From the NCBI GenBank assembly GCA_003556385.1, contig PWRA01000113.1, positions 1-49,887 of the forward strand: 49,887 nt of DNA, read 5' to 3'. Each line of letters begins with the position of its first letter. Position 1 is the stretch's first letter. A program made the translations under genes and the position numbers. The notes beneath the pieces were generated by a model. The model had not been told where the DNA came from. It searched no databases and saw nothing but the letters and a program-made list of their open reading frames with translations. This stretch comes from Dehalococcoidia bacterium (lineage in GTDB: Bacteria; Chloroflexota; Dehalococcoidia; GIF9; AB-539-J10). Below, in pieces: positions 24,504 to 32,445 of the stretch.

Positions 24504-25193
24504 CTAACCCATGCGCCCACTGCGAGCGCCGTGGGTCGATTGTCTCCCCTCGAGCCAACCGATTACCTCCTCGTCGGTCAGGTCATGCCAGTTGCGGTAA
24601 AAGCCGGCCACAGCAAAAGAATAGGTGCGCGCAACAACCAGGCACACGACGTCGTCGACTACCCCCCTGATCAGGTCGTAGGCCGATCCCGAGGCAACCG
24701 GTACGGCGACTACTACCGCAGACGCATGCCGCAGCCGCGTCGATTTGGCAGCGGCCAGCATGGTGAACCCGGACGCCAGTCCGTCGTCTACAAGGATTGC
24801 CGTCTTTCCCTCTACCGGTGAAGGCGCCACCCTCTCTCGAAGCACGGCGGCCCGTCGGGCGATCTCGGCCCGGACTTCGTCTGCCTGACGCTCAATCTGG
24901 CCCTCGGTCAGTCTCAGCCGGGCGACCAGCGGCTCATTCAGCACAACGGTACCGTCCTCGGCTACCGCGCCGTAGCCCGCCTCCGGATTGCCGGGAACGG
25001 TGATCTTGCGCGTCACGATGACATCTAAGGGTATGTTCAGTTCCCCGGCTACTTCGACGCCGACCGGCACACCACCGCGCGGAACTCCTAACACGACGGC
25101 TTCACCCTCCCTATGTTCCTCCAGGCTCTGGGCCAGACGCCGGCCGGCATCGGATCGATCTTGAAAGAAGGGACTTTCTCGATATACTATCAA
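24504..25193 (-). CDS. phosphoribosyltransferase-family protein (COG1926-like), 229 aa
   Basis: F.DR.DAG..LA..L.......VVLGVPRGGVPVG.EVA and the PRPP-binding loop AILVDDGLASGFTM. Confidence 0.8.
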   Translation of the reverse strand: MIVYRESPFFQDRSDAGRRLAQSLEEHREGEAVVLGVPRGGVPVGVEVAGELNIPLDVIVTRKITVPGNPEAGYGAVAEDGTVVLNEPLVARLRLTEGQIERQADEVRAEIARRAAVLRERVAPSPVEGKTAILVDDGLASGFTMLAAAKSTRLRHASAVVVAVPVASGSAYDLIRGVVDDVVCLVVARTYSFAVAGFYRNWHDLTDEEVIGWLEGRQSTHGARSGRMG

Positions 25194-25201
25194 TCATCAC
25201 C

Positions 25202-26233
25202 TCACTGTGTGGCCGCCCCACATTCCGCCAGTCCTACTCCATCTAACTGAGCTCCACATCGGTAGCACCGACCACCGGTTGACCTGTTCTCAACGAGCGC
25301 CGCACTACGCCGGCGCAGCACTACGGCGCCGCAATCATAACAGCAGGTATCGGCACCATCATTCCCGCCCCGCACATTGCCTATGTAGACGTAACGTAAT
25401 CCCGCTCGAAGTCCAATGTCGCGCGCCTTAACCAGACTCTCCATCGGCGTCTGGGGCAGATGACCGAATTCACGAACCGGGTAGAACCGGCTGATATGCC
25501 AGGGGGTATCCATTCCGAGTTCCTGAGCAATGAAACCGGCTATGCCCTGCAGATTGTCGTCAGAATCATTCAACGATGGAATCAGCAGTGTGGTAACCTC
25601 GACCCAGATGTTCAGGCGTTTCATGTAAATCGCAGAGTCGAGAACAGGCTGCAAGCGTGCCTTGCAGGTACCCTCATAGTATGCCTCGCTGAAGCTCTTC
25701 AAATCCACATTGGCGGCGTCCAGGTACGGTTCAATGGTCTCCAGGGCCTGACGTGTCATGTAGCCGTTGGTCACAAACACGTTATATAGCCCGTTCGCTC
25801 TTGCCAACCTGGCGGTATCGTAGGCGTACTCAAAGAATATGGTTGGCTCGGTGTATGTGTAGGAGATGCTCTGACAATCATGCCTCTTCGCATTCTCAAC
25901 GACCTCCTCCGGCAGTAACTCATACCCCGGCAACACAGGCCCGTCTTCCCTGGAGATCTGAGAAATCTGCCAGTTCTGGCAAAAGCCACACCGGAAGTTA
26001 CAGCCCATAGTAGCAATGGAATAGGACCGCGAACCCGGCAGGAAATGATATAGAGGCTTTTTCTCAATGGGATCGATATCGGCCGCTATGGCCTGGGCAT
26101 AGGCGAGCGTAAACAACTGGCCCTCTATGTTCTGCCGCACATTGCAGAAGCCGAGCGCGGAGCTCGCTATCTTGCACTGGTGAGCACACAGGTCGCAGCG
26201 AACCAGCCTGCGGTCCAGCTTCTCATAGAGCAT
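25202..26233 (-). CDS. AmmeMemoRadiSam-system-type radical SAM enzyme (PflA-like activase fold), 343 aa
   Basis: ORF 25202..26389 trimmed to ATG 26233 (AAGGAGG upstream). N-terminal CDLCAHQCKI....GFCNVR auxiliary Cys motif. Radical SAM cluster motif CNFRCGFCQNWQIS. Confidence 0.75.
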   Translation of the reverse strand: MLYEKLDRRLVRCDLCAHQCKIASSALGFCNVRQNIEGQLFTLAYAQAIAADIDPIEKKPLYHFLPGSRSYSIATMGCNFRCGFCQNWQISQISREDGPVLPGYELLPEEVVENAKRHDCQSISYTYTEPTIFFEYAYDTARLARANGLYNVFVTNGYMTRQALETIEPYLDAANVDLKSFSEAYYEGTCKARLQPVLDSAIYMKRLNIWVEVTTLLIPSLNDSDDNLQGIAGFIAQELGMDTPWHISRFYPVREFGHLPQTPMESLVKARDIGLRAGLRYVYIGNVRGGNDGADTCCYDCGAVVLRRRSAALVENRSTGGRCYRCGAQLDGVGLAECGAATQ

Positions 26234-26444
26234 GGCCTCCTTCTTCACTGCTGGCCTCTCATACGTAGCGCCATTCCGCCTCGCCCGGAATGTACCTCGC
26301 CCGACTGAAGACCGAGAATCAGCACTCGCGGCGGCAGATAGCGCCTGGCCTTCAACGCAACAAAACTGCCCGGCACAAGATGCACGCACTCCAGGTTGTC
26401 CAGTTACCCAGATCGCATCGCTGTACTCGAACCGGCCTCGAGCG

Positions 26445-26660
26445 CTAATCAGGTAGCTTCTTGCTGCCCTGCCACTGACGGAAGCTGTCGATTTCTTTCT
26501 GTAGCGCCGTCGCTATCTCGCACCCGTGGGAAGCCGCCAACTGGCGATACATCTCGATGGCGGGCTCAGCCAGTCTGTCTTGAGCCCGGAGGATGAATAT
26601 CGGCTCGTCCGTGCCGATTCGCGGAATATCGAGCCTTCCATACTTACCTGATAAAGCCAT
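26445..26660 (-). CDS. hypothetical small protein, 71 aa
   Basis: Good SD (AGGAGGTG) and same strand as its neighbours. The motif EPIFILRAQDRLAEPAIEMY recalls small uncharacterised proteins that I cannot name. Confidence 0.5.
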   Translation of the reverse strand: MALSGKYGRLDIPRIGTDEPIFILRAQDRLAEPAIEMYRQLAASHGCEIATALQKEIDSFRQWQGSKKLPD

Positions 26661-26765
26661 GTTCGCACCTCCTGTTCTCTATATTGCCAACGCTTGTCAG
26701 AACGACCCGGAACAAGCTGCGCAGCAAAGATGTCGCCCCAGCAGACCCCGGCCTACTCCCCCCGG

Positions 26766-27068
26766 CTATTTCTTGCTGGCCAGGAATTGGATTCTGGCCG
26801 CTACGTTGTCCGCCGCTTGAGCACGGCTCTGTGCCCGCAACAGGTCCCGGGCCAGCTTCTGATCCTCTATCACGTCCCGCACCCAGTTGCTGAAGTCGTT
26901 CCGGTCCTTGCCGGCGTGAAAAGCATAGCTCTCATCCGACATGCCGCTCAGACCGCCCTGGAGTTCCTGCAGACTCCGGAAGACACTACCGTCGCAGCAC
27001 CGGAAGGCATGCTCATCGGGTACATTTGCCAGCCGTCTCTCGGCATCGGCCTTCAGTATTCTAGCCAT
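26766..27068 (-). CDS. hypothetical protein, possibly DUF5752-like, 100 aa
   Basis: GAAGGAGG lies upstream. The F.C.DG.V..SL.EL...L..M....Y.FH.....NDFSNWV pattern is what I remember of DUF5752, a family often found beside glycosyltransferases. This is from memory and not verified. Confidence 0.45.
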   Translation of the reverse strand: MARILKADAERRLANVPDEHAFRCCDGSVFRSLQELQGGLSGMSDESYAFHAGKDRNDFSNWVRDVIEDQKLARDLLRAQSRAQAADNVAARIQFLASKK

Positions 27069-27113
27069 AATCGTGCCTCCTTCACTGTAGTTTGACAGCC
27101 CCCGTGCTCTGCT

Positions 27114-28496
27114 CTACACACCAACCGGAATAAGTATCGGCCCGCCGGCCGGCACCGGCTCCGGGGATTGCGGAGCTTCCGGCAACAGATGAGTCCTCAC
27201 CGGCACCTGCGGAATACCCTGCATGGAGGCCTGGAGCCCCGTCTTCTCGATCAGGTTCCTGATGACCTCCGTCCAGACAAACCGCCTCGCCGTATGCCGC
27301 CCCGCGCTGCGTATCCCATTCTCCTGCTCTGCGTGGCCACTCAGGTAGTCCACGTAGGCCTCGATCTCAGCCGGATCGTCGGTCTCCAGGACAATCGAGT
27401 TATGGAGATGGATCGCGTAGTCCTCCCCGGTGCCACCGGTGAACGCAACTCCCCCGGCGGCCATAGTCTCCAGGCCGACAAGACCAAAGGGCTCGTGAGT
27501 GCTGTTCGCCAGCACGGCATCCGAGGAGTGATACAGCATACTCAGCAGGCGCGGCATGCAGTGAGACTTGAAGTTCAGAACGTCCGCTTCACCGCTTCTG
27601 CCAATAGCATCTAAAGCGGCCTGCTCACCTTGTCCGGTTGCCCAGACGTCCTTCACAATCAAACCAAGTTGCCTGGCCATAAGCATCACCTCCTCACCAA
27701 AGGGCTCTATACCACCTCTGGCCAGAAGGACCGTCTTCCTGCCACCGCGATTGAGCCTCGCCGTCGCCTCCACGGCCTGAAGCCAACCCTTGGTAGGATC
27801 ATACCGCGCGACCTTCGTCAGCAGAAGGTCCGCGCCGAGCTGCTTCTTGAGCCGAGCGGCCGCCCCATCGCCAGCATCGATTAGTGCGGCCTCGGGTATC
27901 CCGTTGGGGATGACGAGCGGGTTCACTCCCAACTCGCGCATGATATATTTCATGTACCGGCTTACAGTAGTGATCGTTGCATTACCTGTCAGGCGCGGCC
28001 AGTCTATACGGTCGAATCCAAACGTGTTATTGGCATTCCAGAAGATCACCACCCTGTCCCTGAGTCCGAGATCCCGAAGCTGTTCGCTCAACTGACAGAC
28101 GGCCTCAGCCGTGTGCCACTCTTCGCTCTGAATGACCACCAGTTTGTCCTCGCTCAGCGCGGGCTTCACCAGGCGTTCGATGACGAAGGGGGGAATAGAG
28201 CGGCTGTAATCATTGACCTTATCGCCCTCTCCATGATATACGCCGCTGGGGTAGTATTCACTGATCCACTGGCACCAGCGATGGAGGATCAGCTTCTCCT
28301 CGCTCATGAACTCTTCACCGCTTAGCCTCGGATCACCGACAAAGAAAAGGTGGGTCGGGAACCCCATGCCCGCCAGAGCCTGACACAGGTTGGCTATCCT
28401 GGTTCCCAGACCCCCGGCCAGAGAGTACGGGTCGGGGCCTTCAAACGAGAGTAGCACAAACAAGCTGTTGTCCCCAGCGATATCCATCTGCCTCAT
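27114..28496 (-). CDS. GT4-family (GT-B fold) glycosyltransferase, 460 aa
   Basis: ORF 27114..28604 trimmed to ATG 28496; the track start ATG at 28604 is the ATGACT -35 box of promoter copy D. N-terminal FEGPDPYSLAGGLGTRI nucleotide-sugar GT motif. C-terminal EPFGLVGLETMAAG (E-x7-E) motif. Confidence 0.8.
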   Translation of the reverse strand: MRQMDIAGDNSLFVLLSFEGPDPYSLAGGLGTRIANLCQALAGMGFPTHLFFVGDPRLSGEEFMSEEKLILHRWCQWISEYYPSGVYHGEGDKVNDYSRSIPPFVIERLVKPALSEDKLVVIQSEEWHTAEAVCQLSEQLRDLGLRDRVVIFWNANNTFGFDRIDWPRLTGNATITTVSRYMKYIMRELGVNPLVIPNGIPEAALIDAGDGAAARLKKQLGADLLLTKVARYDPTKGWLQAVEATARLNRGGRKTVLLARGGIEPFGEEVMLMARQLGLIVKDVWATGQGEQAALDAIGRSGEADVLNFKSHCMPRLLSMLYHSSDAVLANSTHEPFGLVGLETMAAGGVAFTGGTGEDYAIHLHNSIVLETDDPAEIEAYVDYLSGHAEQENGIRSAGRHTARRFVWTEVIRNLIEKTGLQASMQGIPQVPVRTHLLPEAPQSPEPVPAGGPILIPVGV

Positions 28497-28574
28497 GATG
28501 AGATTTCTCCTCTCCCGCACACCTTTACCACCCGACGCCTGCGAACTGCCCGTTGGTGAGGATTTGTTAAGTGA

Positions 28575-28643
28575 ATTGTAAGGGACACAGCATGGCAAAG
28601 TCATAAAACGGGGATGGGAAATATTACAAAACTATAACATCGG
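28575..28643 (-). promoter_or_regulatory. copy D of the promoter module, driving the GT4 operon
   Basis: Minus strand: ccgATGTTATAGTTTTGTAATATTTcccatccccgTTTT ATGACT (28604-28599), an 18-nt spacer, TACAAT (28580-28575). Confidence 0.6.
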
Positions 28644-28652
28644 CCCGGGCTG

Positions 28653-28721
28653 AAAATGTCACACTTTTGTGATTTTTTGCCTGCCCATTTTATGACTTCT
28701 TTATCACCCGTCGACTATCAT
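28653..28721 (+). promoter_or_regulatory. copy B of the promoter module, back-to-back with copy D
   Basis: AAAATGTCACACTTTTGTGATTTTTTgcctgcccATTTT ATGACT (28692-28697), an 18-nt spacer, TATCAT (28716-28721). Confidence 0.6.
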
Positions 28722-28788
28722 AGTCGGACACCTGAACCTCGGGGAGCGGGACGACGGTAGAGCTAAGAGGCGAAAGGAGGTGCTATCT

Positions 28789-29250
28789 GTGGCGAGAAAG
28801 GCTGGAAGCCCGGGATAGGTTTGGTGAACCGGAGACCAGATGGGGAGTTGGGTGAGAGCGAACAGACAGGCAACGTCTCCGGCATGAAGCTTTTGCCCGC
28901 AGTGTCGAGGCGCATTCCAGCAACAGGGGATGAGGTAGACGGGCGCCATAGATGCATAGAGGAGGAGGACACGTTCATGGTGAACGATGATCTTCAAGGA
29001 CTAAGAGAAGAGGACGTGGGTATCTCGGTTGTTGAGGGGACGGCTTTGGACGAACGGAGGACCGAGACTGAGGGGAAAACCGGAGAGGACGGGTACTACT
29101 ATAGTGCACGTGCTTACGGTGGAGTCTGCCACTCTGTAGCTATACCTGTCGACTTCGATGCCGGAAGATTCAGGCCAGCTACGGGCCTGGGGTCCTGTAG
29201 ATCAGCGCCTGCACACACGGACGGGCTCGACCAAGGGGGTTCCCGGTTTC
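28789..29250 (+). pseudogene. decayed small heat-shock protein (Hsp20/alpha-crystallin)-like gene; boundaries approximate
   Basis: The frame of ORF 28821..29405 reads ...LVNRRPDGELGES...EEEDTFMVNDDLQGLREEDVGISVVEGTAL....EDGYYYSARAYGGVCHSVAIPVDFDAGRF. This is in register with the Hsp20 consensus (DPF.EL; DLPG...EDI.ISV..G.L.I.GE...; YY..ER.YG.F.RS..LP..VD...I.A). Many conserved hydrophobic positions are replaced. The only SD-linked start (GTG 28789) is in another frame and stops after 9 codons. The frame then runs about 50 codons past where sHSPs normally end. Confidence 0.4.
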
Positions 29251-29462
29251 GGCTGCAAAGAGGCGAAGGCAGGCCAGCAACCGATCGGGCCCCGGCGTCC
29301 CGCTTCCCGATCCCGGCGGCGTATGTTGCCACCCGTAGACACGGTATCGCACGGTGCTTAAGGCACAAGGCAGCCGGAACGACTACCCGGCGGACTAGCT
29401 CTTGAGAATCGCCCGCACGCAGGACGCCAGACACGAGGAACGCTCACACAAAGGAGGTTGCT

Positions 29463-29912
29463 ATGCAAAGCACAGGAGTACCGGCGCTTGACACGACGAT
29501 TCAGAAGACCAACATCTGGCTGAAGGAAGTCATGGATGAACTCAGCTCGGACGACCGTCGTAGAGCCTACCTGGCTCTTCGTTCGACACTACACACACTA
29601 CGCGACCGGCTTACGGTAGAAGAAGCCACCGACCTGGGAGCCCAGCTGCCTATGCTCATTCGTGGTTTCTACTACGAGGGCTGGAACCCAGCCGGCAAGC
29701 CGGTTAAGTTCGACAGGGATGAATTCCTGTTGCACGTCCGCGAGCATTTCGCCGAGGAGCCGGAGATAGACGGAGCCGGGATTACACAGGCCGTCTTTAA
29801 GATACTCGAGCAGCATATCACGAACGGAGAAATCGAGGACGTGAAGTCTCATCTACCGAAGGACCTGAAGGAATTCTGGGAGAGCATTCGTGGTTCCGGC
29901 GAGGCCCGCTAG
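29463..29912 (+). CDS. DUF2267 domain protein, 149 aa
   Basis: AAAGGAGG lies upstream. A.L...L..LR.RL...EA..L.AQLP.L.RG.YYEGW.P is the DUF2267 pattern. Confidence 0.7.
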   Translation: MQSTGVPALDTTIQKTNIWLKEVMDELSSDDRRRAYLALRSTLHTLRDRLTVEEATDLGAQLPMLIRGFYYEGWNPAGKPVKFDRDEFLLHVREHFAEEPEIDGAGITQAVFKILEQHITNGEIEDVKSHLPKDLKEFWESIRGSGEAR

Positions 29913-30052
29913 AGCATAAGCCGCACGAGGGAAGGTAGAAATAGCCGGCGCCAATGTGATAAAACTACCGCATCACCTGTCAGCGTGCCAGTCACAGGGA
30001 ACATGATTGAACTGCACGTATACAGATAGAAAGAGAAGGAGGTATTGCTCTT

Positions 30053-31507
30053 ATGAAGGACAGCGACGCTAGACCCACAACCAACGATGCGGGTATTCCC
30101 GTGTCAAGCGAGGAGTTTTCCCTTACCGTGGGACCGGATGGCCCCGTCCTGCTTCAAGATCACTATCTTATGGAGCAGATGGCCAACTTCAACCGGGAGA
30201 TGATTCCGGACCGCCAGCCCCATGCCAAGGGCTCCGGGGCCTTCGGACACTTGGAGGTGTCCCGGGACGTCAGCGCGTACACCAGGGCGGCAGTATTCCA
30301 GCCGGGCACCAGGACCGAGGTTCTGGCCCGGTTCTCCACGGTGGCCGGTGAGAGCGGCAGCCCCGACACCTGGCGGGACGTACGCGGCTTCGCGCTCAAG
30401 TTCTACACGAGCGAGGGGAACTACGACATGGTGGGGAATAACACCCCGGTCTTCTTTGTGCGCGACCCGATGAAGTTCCAGCATTTCATCCATTCCCAGA
30501 AGCGCCGGGCGGACAGCGGCCTGCGCGATCATGACATGCAGTGGGACTTCTGGACGCTGTCGCCCGAGTCGGCCCATCAAGTCACCATCCTGATGAGCGA
30601 CCGCGGAGTCCCCAGGAGCTACCGCCACATGAACGGCTACACCAGCCACGCCTACATGTGGGTTAACGCCAAAGGCGAGCGCTTCTGGGTGAAATACCAC
30701 TTTAAGACCGACCAGGGCATCGAAAACCTCACTCAAGAGGAGGCCGACCGGATCGCCGGTGAGGATGCTGACTATCACCGCCGCGATCTGTTTGATGCGA
30801 TCAATCGGGGGGAGTCTCCCAGCTGGACGCTGAAAGTACAGATCATGCCCTTTAAGGAGGCTGAGACATACCGGTTCAACCCCTTTGATCTTACCAAGGT
30901 CTGGTTCCACGCCGACTACCCACTTCACGAGGTGGGCCGGCTGACCCTGGACCGCAACCCCGGCGACTTTCACAGTGAGATCGAGCAGGCCGCGTTCGAG
31001 CCCAACAACCTTGTTCCTGGCATCGGCGCCAGCCCGGACAAGATGCTGCTCGCCCGGCTGGTTTCCTACGCCGACGCCCACCGGGCACGCCTGGGTGTCA
31101 ACTACAAGCAGATTCCGGTCAACCGGCCGAGGACCCCGATACACAGCTACAGCAAGGGCGGTGTGATGCGGATCCAGAATGTCTCTGACCCGGTCTATGC
31201 ACCCAACTCAAAGGGCGGCCCCAAAGCCGACCCGGCGCAGTACCCGGAAGACGCCGTATGGAGTGCCGACGGTGACTTTGTGCGCGCCGCCTACACCAAG
31301 CGCAAGGACGACGACGATTTCGGACAGGCGGGAGCTCTGGTGCGCAGGGTCATGGATGATACCAGGCGTGACCTGCTGGTATCCAATGTGGTAGGGCACC
31401 TGAAGAAGGGCGTTTCCGAGCCCGTGCTGCAGCGCGTTTTTGAGTACTGGCGCAATATCGACAGGGAGACCGGCGATCGCATTGCCAGTGGTATGCGAGC
31501 GAGTTGA
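30053..31507 (+). CDS. katA: monofunctional heme catalase (small-subunit clade), 484 aa
   Basis: [49 protein letters not shown], and the proximal Tyr region RL.SY.DAHR.RLG.NY. Confidence 0.95.
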   Translation: MKDSDARPTTNDAGIPVSSEEFSLTVGPDGPVLLQDHYLMEQMANFNREMIPDRQPHAKGSGAFGHLEVSRDVSAYTRAAVFQPGTRTEVLARFSTVAGESGSPDTWRDVRGFALKFYTSEGNYDMVGNNTPVFFVRDPMKFQHFIHSQKRRADSGLRDHDMQWDFWTLSPESAHQVTILMSDRGVPRSYRHMNGYTSHAYMWVNAKGERFWVKYHFKTDQGIENLTQEEADRIAGEDADYHRRDLFDAINRGESPSWTLKVQIMPFKEAETYRFNPFDLTKVWFHADYPLHEVGRLTLDRNPGDFHSEIEQAAFEPNNLVPGIGASPDKMLLARLVSYADAHRARLGVNYKQIPVNRPRTPIHSYSKGGVMRIQNVSDPVYAPNSKGGPKADPAQYPEDAVWSADGDFVRAAYTKRKDDDDFGQAGALVRRVMDDTRRDLLVSNVVGHLKKGVSEPVLQRVFEYWRNIDRETGDRIASGMRAS

Positions 31508-31758
31508 TGTCACCATACCTGTGAGCAGCCGGTTGCCGGTGTCATTGGGGCGGTAGCCTTCGTGCGGGCCCGGGTCATTCTGCCATACGCGCCTGCCTTC
31601 GCCGCCGGTGCTAATAATTGGTTGTTGTAGAAGAACTGATCCCGGAGTCGCAGCGTTCGAGCCATGTCGATCTGGCAACCATGGGCGCGATAATCAGTTT
31701 TGTGGCCATGATGGTGCTTGAGGTAGCGTTTGGCCAGCGACCCATGAGTTGTAACGGG

Positions 31759-31982
31759 ATGAAGCTGTTCACAAAAGCTGAACTGAGGAAATATGAAGGC
31801 ACCAATGGCATCGTCTATGTTGCCTGTGCAGCGAAGTGTACGATGTCTCTCGGAGTTTCCACTAGAGGAAAGGCGTTCACCAGGTCATGTATCGCGCCGG
31901 GCGCGACTTCACCGAGGCACTGGGCCGGGCACCTCACAGGCCCGACATGCTGGACAGATTCCCGGTGATAGGTGTACTTTAG
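31759..31982 (+). pseudogene. cytochrome b5-like heme/steroid-binding domain gene disrupted by a frameshift and an in-frame TAG
   Basis: ATG 31759 gives MKLFTKAELRKYEGTNGIVYVACAAK. The homology continues only after a frame change near 31830-31836: VYDVSRSFH-TAG(31863-31865)-RKGVHQVMYRAGRDFTEALGRAPHRPDMLDRFPVIGVL-stop (31980-31982). The TAG sits where these proteins have a conserved Trp (S.LW..G.H). Confidence 0.6.
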
Positions 31983-32009
31983 GTGTGCCTATAGAATCGG
32001 AGGAACCAG

Positions 32010-32423
32010 ATGACAGATGAGAAGGCTGATAAGAAGCGGACAGTGCTCTTCGTATGCACACACAACTCAGGCCGTAGCCAGATGGCGGAAGCGTTCTTCA
32101 ATCAGCTTGCCGGAGAAAAGGCACGTGCCGTCAGCGCCGGTACCGACCCCGATAGTGCTGTTCAGCCTGCCGTTGTTCAGGTGATGCGGGAATTGGGCAT
32201 AGACCTGAGTAACCAGAGGCCGAAGCCGTTAAGCACAGACCTGATGGACCAGGCGGGCAGAGTCATAACCATGGGCTGCGGCGCGGAAGCGGGCTGCCCG
32301 GCTACCGCGGTCGAGCCCGAAGAATGGGAACTGCAGGACCCGAAAGGCAAGACTCTTGACCGGGTCAGGCAGATACGGGATGAGATCAGGCTTAAGGTTG
32401 TTGACCTCCTCAGGGATATGTAG
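32010..32423 (+). CDS. arsC: LMW-PTP-fold arsenate reductase (thioredoxin-coupled ArsC type) or protein-tyrosine phosphatase, 137 aa
   Basis: P-loop VLFVCTHNSGRSQMAEA and the downstream ITMGCGAEAGCP Cys pair typical of Trx-coupled ArsC. No other ars genes are in the window. Confidence 0.7.
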   Translation: MTDEKADKKRTVLFVCTHNSGRSQMAEAFFNQLAGEKARAVSAGTDPDSAVQPAVVQVMRELGIDLSNQRPKPLSTDLMDQAGRVITMGCGAEAGCPATAVEPEEWELQDPKGKTLDRVRQIRDEIRLKVVDLLRDM

Positions 32424-32445
32424 GCAATAGAGTCAGGCAGCATAA

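Noticed and set aside
30104-31144. 346-aa ORF on the minus strand opposite the catalase gene. Similar long antisense ORFs occur at 35362-36276, 40297-41334, 6210-6854, 6910-7551, 2903-3682, 4632-5285 and 46384-47145.
   Set aside because: Each lies fully inside, and antisense to, a gene with unmistakable family motifs. Their translations are Arg/Pro/Gly/Ala-rich low-complexity strings with no SD, which is typical of stop-poor antisense frames in GC-rich DNA.
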